Positions 11,556 to 22,419 of a stretch of 64,000 nt of DNA are shown one piece after another. The translations under genes and the position numbers were made by a program. Source of the DNA: the human T2T-CHM13v2.0 reference genome, Homo sapiens. The notes under the pieces are model-generated. The model made no database searches. It was not told the DNA's origin and saw only the letters and a program-made list of their open reading frames with translations. The DNA lies in assembly GCF_009914755.1 (NCBI RefSeq), contig NC_060935.1; one strand, 5' to 3'. Positions within the stretch are counted from its first letter, which is position 1. Each line of letters opens with the position of its first letter.

Positions 11556-12661
11556 TAAGACTATATACCTATATCCCAATACACAGCCCTGCAGCCAGAT
11601 ACATACTCATGATTAAAAACAATAATAGGTTTTTAATAATATCTTGGTTTCAGAAATGCTTCCAGGCGTTCTGGGGACATAAAATCACTATGTACACAGG
11701 AGAAGGAGGTGAAAAGGACGGAAAAGTTCTTCGGGGAAGGAAGGTGAAAAACAAGAATTATTAAATTAATGCCACCAACAATTGAAAAAAAATAAATAGC
11801 AAGTGGACCCTTGACATTCTGGAATGAATAAATTATTTAAGATAAAATGTGTTAAGACTGAATGTCAGGGTTAAAGGCAAAGGGATAATGGATGTAGTGA
11901 GAGGTGGTCTCAGGCAGAGAAGACCACTCTGTCGATATCTGGTGTGGCGGTTGCTCTGGTGTGTGTATGTCATACCACATCACGCACTGATGGCACGTCA
12001 ACAGGCAAACACAATTGGGTCCATGCACTGTGGCAACCTTGTTCATTCCTTACAATATCTTGTCTCCAGATTCCTGAGTACCTTACCATTTTCTGGAAAA
12101 AAAAATGTTGGTTTGCTATTTTATTTTAAGATGCCAAAGATTGTCTAAGACTTTGCAGTGTCTCCTTTAAGACTTTCAAAATATTAAGATTCAAAAGTTA
12201 CGAAAAAGTTTGGCACATTCAAAGTTTAACTCTACAAATGGAAAATTGGAATTCCGAGGCCTTTTGAATATGCTCTACATGCAGCTGCACACGCCGTGGA
12301 CTTGTTCTGTTTCACAATATGAAATCCTCAGTTGTTTTCTAAAATAATTCAGAATAAAAACACATTCACAACCTGTAGGCCGGCACAGCATACCTGAGTG
12401 AGAATGTTTAACCCCATCTAAAACAGTAACTTAAACCTTTATCAACATCCAAAAGAAAAAAAAAGTAAGACAAAAATATAAGACTTGTAAGACATCTACG
12501 GGTTGAGATAAGTTTCAAGTCCTGGTGTCTCATATTTAATATGTCTTCACCTAAATTAAAAAAACAACAACAACAACAATAACAATAACAACAAAAAACT
12601 CAAGTTCATGAAAAATCAGGGAAAACTTAATCTGTCTCACACTTTACGAAACAATTAAGAC
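11556..12661 (-). promoter_or_regulatory. Cluster of miR-499-5p / miR-208 (myomiR) seed sites in the 3'UTR
   Basis: Plus-strand TAAGAC cores at 11556, 11853, 12146, 12168, 12466, 12479, 12488 and 12656; five extend to TAAGACT (miR-499 seed 2-8); SOX6 is an established miR-499/208b target. Confidence 0.85.
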
Positions 12662-12773
12662 CATTCTGCTGATGTAATTGTGGAGCCACAAATGCATGCG
12701 GGCTCTTTAATAACTCTTTGTTGGGGAGGGGGGTGAAATGTCAGAGTACTTTAATTCAGCAAACAAAAACTCC

Positions 12774-13100
<327 letters not shown>

Positions 13101-14316
13101 TCAGACAAGGGAGAAATATCTATATATGTGCTATGTACAGCATTGGAATTCACACCCTACACTTTCAAAAGGGAGCCCTAAATAAATGTTAAATAACATT
13201 CTAAGCAAATAAAATGTGACAAAGGTGTTCCCTGGAGGAGTACTGCAAATCTCCTTGATGCTATGTTAGGGGTTAAACAATATGATGGAGCAATTTACTG
13301 ATGACTTTGCAACATAAAGGCAGGGTTCTTTTAACTTGGTAAATATGGCAAAGTTTGGATAACACCTGGCATTAGGAACAAATGATGTAGTGAATTCCAC
13401 AATGTTACATGTGAAATAATTTTTGAAGATCTCCCAGCACATTTTGAAAATTAGACTAGTGGCATGAAACATATTATAATGACACTATTAAGCAGGTTTG
13501 TGTCTTCACCTTGGTTTGAGAAATGTATAAATCAAGATGAGAAGGGACCTAGCATGTCCCAAAGAGTGAGATTCAGCAAAGCATTTATTTGTTATTCATG
13601 TAAATGTCTACATATTTCCATGGCTGAACTTGTTAGGAATAATCCCTGTGGAAGGATCATCTTGGATGTCATTACTGCTGAGACCCTGGGCTGGAACTGG
13701 GGTTGGGATTAAGAGAGTTGGGAGTAAAGAGCAGTGAGACCTCTGCAACTCAACAGAGTAGAGTTGCAGAGTAGACACCAGATACGCTGCCTCACCCTAG
13801 ATCCCAGAGGGTGGCAAGGCCTGGACACCAGTTCATTCCTCCATAATGTTACCCTAGTTTAAACAAACTTAACAGATCCTTTGTGGAGGTCAATCTCTTC
13901 CTCTGCAGGGAGACATGATTACTGTCTCTTAACTTCACTTAAGGCATTATAACTGGTACACAGGAATGAAACATCTACCTAACTCAGAGACTATGGCGAA
14001 AATATTATTTTCATATATGCAATATTCACCAAGAGTTTCTCAATCTTTAATGGATAGTAAATTATAGTTGAATTTGTTTCAAGTTGTCATTGTAACTATC
14101 CTTTTGGAGCCTTTGTTTCTACATATTTATACAAGCCGGGGTCAGGGAAGTTCTGGAAGGTCCTTCCACTTTTTGTACTCATGACTTCAGGTCAATTATC
14201 ACTTGGACAATTCTTACTCACCCTACACATTATCACTGAAACTTTCTATCCATCTCACTCAAACAGGAAAATACTCTGAATCTATGAAGAAGTAGCTTAG
14301 CTACCTGCCATTCTTT

Positions 14317-14339
14317 TTTTTGTTTTTTTCTGTTAGCTC

Positions 14340-14370
<31 letters not shown>

Positions 14371-14615
14371 TTATACTCTAAGTTTTAGGGTACATGTGCA
14401 CATTGTGCAGGTTAGTTACATATGTATACATGTGCCATGCTGGTGCGCTGCACCCACTAATGTGTCATCTAGCATTAGGTATATCTCCCAATGCTATCCC
14501 TCCCCCCTCCCCCGACCCGACCACAGTCCCCAGAGTGTGATATTCCCCTTCCTGTGTCCATGTGATCTCATTGTTCAATTCCCACCTATGAGTGAGAATA
14601 TGCGGTGTTTGGTTT
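14317..14615 (-). mobile_element. L1HS-Ta, 5'-truncated 3' fragment with poly(A)
   Basis: Near-perfect L1HS 3'UTR; Ta-diagnostic GATGACACATTAG (ACA at 14463-14461) and AAAACTTAGAGTATAAT (G at 14378); T26 at 14344-14369; candidate TSD attcttt at 14310-14316 and 14616-14622. Confidence 0.95.
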
Positions 14616-15544
14616 ATTCTTTGACATGTCCAGAGGAACATAATTTTCTCACAAAGACCTCCATGCCCTCCAGCCTGGCAGAGGGAGAAGGGATGCAGAT
14701 GGTTTAGAAACACTCTGTGAGATATTGGTTCACGCTGAATTTAGCAATCTCTTTTAATCACCACAAGGCACATCATATCCCTAACATAACATATAAAATA
14801 TTTTCAGGTATACCAACTCACCCAATTAACATCATGGCCCCATAAGTTATTATTTTTTCCATTTCCAGATGAAGAAAATCAGACCTTGCTTCAAGCCCTG
14901 CATTCAATAACCAGCAGAGCCAGAATGTGAATCTAAGCCATTGGCTGACTTGAATCCCATCACTCTTTCCTTTATAGATATTCAATCTACAGATACACTA
15001 AGCTCACTGTATATCATAAAAATGCCTGACTTCTATAGAACCTGTCAGCACCTAGTTGACACTAAGCACTTGACATTGACCCAGTTTTTATGATTCTCAT
15101 GGTGAGTTTTTTGGTTGCCTGAAGGAAGCAGATAATAGAGGAATCTAAATCTATGTATAGAAACATCATATAAAATATTAGTTCCCTCTTATTGAATCAA
15201 ATTTTAAAACAGTATACTTCTGGCTTCCTAAGTTTTGGGCAAATTAACACAAATTAAATTTTATGCTAACCTTATAATGCCTCATTGGTTTTTTTACTGA
15301 ATTTGGATAACTGCAATAAAATGTTTTTGCCTTAATCACATTATGAGTGTAGAGGGAAAGCTTTTACTGCAATGTTAACCCATTTTACAGATTTCCCAAT
15401 TTGGCAAGCTGATCTGTAATACAAACTCTGCATAAAAACACACTATCAAATGATACGTTTCCTTTTCACAAAGAATAGATGGTCACTTTTTGCAGTATTT
15501 TTACCAGAATATCTATATCAATAGGTCTACTGAATAAATTTAAA

Positions 15545-15735
15545 TTGAGCTCGTATTATGTGCTGGGAACTATATTTAGGTGTTTTTACATTATCTTCTT
15601 GAATCCTCATAATAAGCCTGAGAGGTAGGTATCATTTTCCCTCTTTTACACATGAAGTGACCAATTAAGTTTCAGAAAATTCAAGCTGTTTGTTCAAGGC
15701 CACGCAAGTACCATAATCAGGAGTTGAACCTTCCC
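15545..15735 (-). mobile_element. MIR
   Basis: aatcctcataataagcctgagaggtaggtatcatttt...ttttacacatgaag. Confidence 0.6.
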
Positions 15736-16212
15736 CGTGTCACAAATTCCCTAGCACATATCAAGATCAGGGTGAGAAAGGCAAGCTCACACTATCAGAA
15801 AAAACTTAGCAATTTAAATCAGAATCAAAATCTTCTACACTGGGCTCCACATAGTTCAGAGTATTTGGACTTTAAGCTGGTAATGGAATGCTAAAAATAA
15901 ATAAACAAGCAAATAAAACATCTGTACAATTTACTTTCTAGAGTGAGAGTGAGATGCATGATATTCAAAAGCCTAGTCCTGGGAGTGGAGAGATATATAT
16001 GGCTGTTTTAAGCCCCCAGACAGTGCTAAAAGCCAGTGAGGGTAAAAACCCAGGGGTTACTCCCCACCTTGAGGAAATGAAGGGAGTCCAGCTCTGGTAA
16101 GGTTCTCACATTCACATACAACTGTTCGAGGTTGTACATAAATGCTAGAGTGAGAACTTATCCCTGTGAGAGATGATTTTTGCCTCTCCAAGCCTTCTGG
16201 GAAGAAGGTTAT

Positions 16213-16420
16213 GTGGTATGGTGAGCTCAGGTTTTGGAGTCAGAATGGCTTGGGTTTAAATCCCAGCTGCACCAGTTACTGGCTGTGTGATCCTGGGCAG
16301 GCTAATTATTATCACTGACATTGCCTCTCCTCGTCTATAAATTAGAACATTCACATTTGACAGGACTGTGAAGATTAAGTAAGAACATATATGCAAAGCA
16401 TTACATTATAGAGTAGACGA
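16213..16420 (+). mobile_element. MIR
   Basis: ttggagtcaga...gggtttaaatcccagctgcaccagttactggctgtgtgatcctgggca. Confidence 0.75.
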
Positions 16421-18652
16421 AAATGTTAATTCCCTTTCCTTTCCTCCTTTGGGAAGCTGGTGTAAACCTCACAGAGAGCAAGCATGTTCTAAGTCTGGGG
16501 GAGCACCAAGGAAATGACAAGGTAATGCTTTGGACTCTCCGTGAGTGCCAGCCCACAGAAGCCATTTGGAATTGGCGGTTAATTGTAAAACAATACTCTG
16601 GTTCACAAGCCTGGCCAGGAGAGGACTTCCTCTTTACCGCAGAACTGTAGAGAAGGGCATCTGAGAAGGGAAAATGTTGACATCTTCTAAGAAATGTTTA
16701 AAAAGAAAAAAGTCCCCAAAGAATAACATTTGGTTCTGTATAACCCTTTTTCTAACCCTAACTCCCTCCTTTCTCTAATTCCTGAAATATTTCCATTATA
16801 CCCTCTGGAACTCAACTGTCAGTCCTTACTGACTCACCTTCTTACTCTAACTGAAACTTGGCTCTCTCTCTAGGCCACGAGTCTCCCTAAGGCCCTCGGA
16901 AGAGTTGGTTATTTGCTTTCCATCCCCCTCACATGAATGGGCCTGGAGGTGGGGTAGTTCCCTTCTTAGCTCCTCATTGCCTCGTCCAACCTACTTTTTA
17001 ATCCCTCCATCCTAAAAATCTCATCTTTGAATCTCATGTCACCAGACTATGTCACCCACTCATACCTTTATCTACCCCCTGCCTGATCAATCCCCCTCAT
17101 TCCTTAAAGATGTTAGCTCCTGGCTCACTGTTGCTGTTTCTTCAACATAACCTCTGCCATGATCCTTGATGTCTTTGCTATCTCTGTAGATGTTCATTCC
17201 AACACCCGACTATCTCAGTGTGACCTCCCCGCCACTGTGATAATCTGGGCCCCTCCCTATCTTAGTTGCTCGCTCTCTTGTCATACAGTGGACCTTGTCA
17301 TTTTCATCTGTCACTCCTCCCTAATCTCAGTTTTAAATATCCCACTCTCTAACCACCACATCTTATTGTTCTAGTTTTCTCCCTTTAGTACCCAGTTTAT
17401 GATTTCACTCCCCACCCCATCTGAGGAGCTACGGTTTCCTGATCCTTCAACCCACCTTCACTGCCCTCAGTTACTTGAGCCTCTCCCTGCTTGTGCCCCC
17501 ACTTACCTCTTTACCCAGTTCCAATTCCATGGTTACTCACTCCCTTGCAGACACTCTCCATTCTCTTACATAGCAAAACTTCAACTTTAGTTCAATTTAA
17601 CTCTCTGCCTACTCTGTTTAGCCACACAGCTGAACTTGGCTGGAGAAAATACACTGCCATACTTACTAGTCTCTAAATTTACAATGCTGTACTTCAAATA
17701 GGCCTCTGGTGCTGTTCAGCCATCATATTGCACATTGTTCTAGCCTACTCCTTCTCTTAGCCTCCTAGACAATTACTTCCTACCTTCTTAACTTTCCTCA
17801 AATATCCAACTTCTCCCCCTTTCTCACTCCAAGCTAATGGCCTGGCTTTCTATTTCATGGAGAAATTAGAAGCAATCAGAAGAAACTTTTCACAAACTCC
17901 CACTGTCACGTTGACTGGCCTCCCTGTATCTGTGCCCCATTCTCTGCCTGCCTTTCCATATTTTGAATCAGTTCATAATCCAATATAAGGCTAACCCCTC
18001 TGCTTGTGCACTGAAACTATCTGTTTTTGTTTACTAAAGATATCTCTCCAGCAATTGTCTCTCCTATCTGAATCATTAATTTTTTATAGAATTCCCACCA
18101 AACATGCTATAATCACTCATACCATAAAAAACAACCAAAAACCTCTCTCGGCACATCTCCCCCTCCAGCTCTTGCTTCATTTCTTTGATATCCTTTAAAG
18201 CAAAACTCTTTAAAAAGTTGTCTTTCTTCATTTCTTCTACTCAATTCTTTCTTAAACCCACTTCAATCACTCCCAATACACCACTGAAACAGAGCTTATG
18301 AAGGTCACACCATCAATAATCTTCATATTGTTAAATCCAAAAGTCAGTTCTTGGTCCTCATGTTACCCAGATCTATAACACGGGCAGCATTTGATATAGC
18401 TGATCATTTTCTCCTTGCTGAAACATTTTATTCACTTGTTTTCTCAGATGCCACACCCTCCTGGTCTTCTTCCTAATTGGCTGCTCCTTCTAAGTTCCCA
18501 TGCTGCTTCCTTCCCATCTCCCTGCCATCTAAGCACCGAAGTCCCCATGGATTGAGTCCTTGCTTCTTCTCTTCTCTATCTAAATTGATTCCCTTGGTGA
18601 TTTCATCTAATTCCATGGCTTTAAATATTATCTATATGCTGACAACGTCCCA

Positions 18653-18765
18653 ATTTATATCTCCAGTAAGCCCTTCGCTCCTAAATTCTAGACTCATTAT
18701 AATGCTTATTATATATATATATGAGTCTAGAATTTAGGAGCAAAGGGCTCACTGGAGATATAAAT
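18653..18765. repeat. Inverted duplication: 45-bp arms (2 mismatches), 23-nt spacer
   Basis: 18653-18697 is the reverse complement of 18721-18765 except pairs 18668/18750 and 18676/18742. Confidence 0.95.
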
Positions 18766-19033
18766 ATATATCTATATATAATATAGATATTATATATAAC
18801 ATATCAGCATTATATATAATATATATTATATATAACATATAAGCATTATATATAATATATATTATATATAATATATATAAGCATTATATATTATATATTA
18901 TATATAAAATAAGCATATATAATGCTTATTTTATATATATGAGCATATATATAAGCATATATACATGCTTATTTTATATATATAACTGCTTATTTTATAT
19001 ATATTTTACATATATATATATATATATATATAA
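18766..19033. repeat. Complex AT-rich (TA)n mosaic repeat interrupting the L2
   Basis: Repeated units atatataacatat(c/a)agcattatatataat and tgcttattttatatat. Confidence 0.9.
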
Positions 19034-21829
19034 AACTGCTTATTTGATTTGGATTTCTAAATGCTGTCTCAACCTCATAGGTGCAGAACTTAAAGTCCTG
19101 ATCATTCTCCCACATACCTGCCCCTCTCATGGCCATCCTGTTCTTGGTTAATGATTACTTCATCCTTCCAGTTGAATAGGCCAATCTATGGTAACTGTAT
19201 TTCTTTCAAACTCTGTATCCAATTGATCAGCAAATCCTATTGGTTCTTCTTCAGGAATACATCTAGAACCCATCTACTTCTTACCACCTCCACCCCTACA
19301 AACCTGGAACAAACCACCATCAACTCCAATCTGGTTTATTGTAAGAGGCTAGCTTCCTTGCTACAGGCCATTCTCCCTTCAGAAAATTCTCAACATAGCA
19401 TATAGAGTGATCCTTTCAAAACCTAAGTCATATGAAAGCATTCCTCTGCTTAAAACTCATCAATGCCTTTCCATCTCACTCAGGGTCAAATACAAAGTCT
19501 TCACAATGTCTTACAAGTCTTTTCATAACTTGGTTCCTTATTATGAAGACTATGGCTTAAAAGTCTTTTCTACTATTCTTCCTACCTACTCACTTTGCTC
19601 CTGTCATTCTGGCCTATTTATTTCTTCTTGGAACAAGCTAGGCACAATCTCGCCTCAAAACCTTTACAGTTGCTGTTCTCTCTGCCCACATTTCCCAGAT
19701 ATCTGCACAGCTTGCTCCCTTCCCTACTGAGGCCTTTGCTCAAATGTTGCTTTCTCAGTGAGGTTTTCCATGACTGCCCTATTTAAAATTGCACCCTATA
19801 AGCTGAAACTTCCTATCCCTTTCCCTACTTTACTTTGTTCTAAGGCACCTCTCACTATTATTTATTTGTTTGTTTGTTATTTGTTTGAATTCTATCACTA
19901 GAATATAAGCTTCATGAGACAAAAATTTTCACTGACATAGTTCCAGAACTCAGACTGCTTGTAACATAGGAGGCACTCAGTAAATATCTGTTAAATACAT
20001 AGGATGAATGAATGAATGAGAAAAAACAAATGAAAATTCTAAGTAATCTATTTCAGGGAAGAAAAGATGTAATGAGACTAGCTGTATGAAAATAACCATC
20101 TTTAGACGCTTGAATGGTTATTCTCATAAATAAAGGGGAGATTTGTTCTAGGAGACACGAAAGAAGAAGATTAGAACCAATCTGCAAAGTAGGAGGAAGG
20201 AAGATTATGGCTTAGTTAACAGAAAAGAAAACTTTCTAGTATTAGGAAATGTTCCACAAAGGAACTAGCTCCCTTGGGAAGCAGTGAGCTCTCTACCCTT
20301 GGAAGAGTTCAAGAACTTAGGGAAGACTCCTCCAATGGCTTGAAGTATATAACATCTGAGGCCCCTTCTATGTTGCAACTAATTCTGTGGATGCAAAATC
20401 AGAAGCTAACCATCACGCTGATCTTGCTCTCTTTTATCATTATCAGCATAAAAAGAGACTAAAAAAACCACACTAACTGTGCATAGCTAATTACAGTTGA
20501 AGAAACCTGGCTTTCAATGGCTTCCAAAATCTTCCTCCACCCTACCCATCTTATGTTTTCTTTACTGCCAGGAAAAAGCCTTAGGCTGCTTCTTTTTTTT
20601 ACTATTGAATATATCCACATTTTCCCCCAGGTGTTCATGCTCTCCTCTATGCTAAAGCAGGAATCTACTTCCCATAAGTCTGACCTACCCAAACTTCAAG
20701 TCCCTTCCTCAAGAATGTCCCATGCTTGGCCATAATGCATAATAATCTCTCTTCCTCTGAGCTTTATTTGCTCTTGTCTACAAAATGAAGATTAGTAGTT
20801 CATTAAATGTTATATGCAGTGCTGTGCCATGTCTTGTGTGTGTATGTGTGTGTATAAGACACTATTATATGCTAATCTATTCATGTATGTATCTGGCTTC
20901 TCCAACTATAGAATTCTCTGAAACTCATGTGTACAGAAATAATGCCTCATGTACCATATTAATTTAGTAAAGTGTTGGACACATAGCTGGTTTCAAATAG
21001 GCCCTTACCAATTAACTAACAAATCAATGAACAAAATAAGAAATCCAGCCAGCAGGTTCAAGCTTTGTCTATCAGAAATTGCTTTCCTAAAAAGCATTTT
21101 TTCCTTCCTTTATAGATCAATTTCAAAGTCAAAATTCAAACACTGCAGATTTCACAAACAGGAATAGCTGGCAGGTATTGGGCTTTACAAATAATGAATG
21201 TGCACATCAAAACAACATTTGTGGATGTTTGTAAAAGTATATACATGAGTTGATATGAACAGAGATATTTAAGAACCCTTCCTCCCAGTCTAAGTAAAGA
21301 GTAAAAGCTGGCCCTGATAGAGCCCACCATTGCTACATGACTTCCAAATTACAGGAATATTTCTGGAGTGTAATCTAGCTTTGCCAATTACAAAGTAACT
21401 ACATATTTATGCTGGCAAAGCCCCATTGTTTGCTGACCCTTCAGACCCTTCAAAGTGTATAAATAAAGACAAGGAAGTTTGTTTCATTAGGAGATAAGCC
21501 TATACGTCACATATCTCTGTAGCTGATACTGCAGGAAGGAACAGAAATAATAATAATCTGTTCACTTTACCTATTGAATGTTCTAATCCAGGGTCTTTAC
21601 AGGAGGACAATACTTAAAAAAGCATGGCTAATCTATGCTAATGTAATTGTATTTTATAGGTGTCTTAAATAGGATTGATTCGACCTCTTTAAAATTAAGA
21701 TTAAAATGCAAATGTTCAAATCACTTATAGTACAAGGCACTAAAATAATTATTGTAATATAACATAGAATATATACTTGGCACACAGTATTATTTTTCTA
21801 GAATAATAATATTTACTTGAATTTAAAGC

Positions 21830-22108
21830 TTTTCATATGCCAGGCAATGTTCTAAGCACTTTACAAACAGTAAGTTACTCAGGCTTCAAGAAGAGTCCTG
21901 CATATGTCATTGGTATTGTCATTCTCATTCTACATATGAAGAAACTGGTTAGAGAGAGATTAAATGTTTCCCAAGGGCAAGGGGAGAGTTCAGAGGAATA
22001 AAGATTGCCATGTATTAGTTCCTACAGCCAAGAAGGTGCAGATCTAGTATTTGAGCCAGACTAGTCTGACTCCAGAATTGATGCTCTTAACCACAATGCT
22101 ATACCGCC
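21830..22108 (-). mobile_element. MIR
   Basis: ctaagcactttaca...gaagaaactg...tctgactccaga...ctcttaaccac. Confidence 0.65.
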
Positions 22109-22174
22109 TCTGTGTGTGTAATGTCGTGTCCTTACCAATGTCCTTTGGTAAAAGGGACATATGTTTCACATTCA

Positions 22175-22372
22175 CATAAGCCTGGTTTACATCTCAGCTC
22201 GGCCATTTACTAGCTGTGTGGCCCTACACAAATTATTTAACATCTCTGAATATTGCATTTTTCAATTTAATAGTGAGAATGATATTCCCTATCTTGTAAA
22301 TTTGTTGTATTTGCAATAATCTGTATAATCCACTCAGCAGAGTACACAGCACACAGTAAGTATTCAATAATC
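22175..22372 (+). mobile_element. MIR
   Basis: ctcagctcggccatttactagctgtgtggccc...ttatttaacatctctga...cacacagtaagtattcaataa. Confidence 0.7.
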
Positions 22373-22419
22373 TATCTTTATCATTGCTAAAAAAGTAGCC
22401 CCAAATTTAATATTTTATA

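Larger units (their letters stand above)
6415..12773 (-). other. SOX6: SOX6 long 3'UTR (~6.36 kb)
   Basis: No recognisable interspersed repeats; U-rich on the mRNA strand; many miRNA seed, PRE and ARE motifs; bounded by a poly(A) signal at 6438-6433. Confidence 0.85.
16800..20019 (+). mobile_element. Long (~3.2 kb) decayed L2 LINE with ORF2 remnants and 3' end
   Basis: RT motif remnants AAFDIADH (18384-18407) and YADN (18635-18646); ends ggcactcagtaaatatctgtt...gaatgaatgaatga. Confidence 0.8.

Noticed and set aside
18766-19033. Repeat-spacer (CRISPR-like) appearance
   Set aside because: Human low-complexity TA mosaic; no constant repeat with unique spacers
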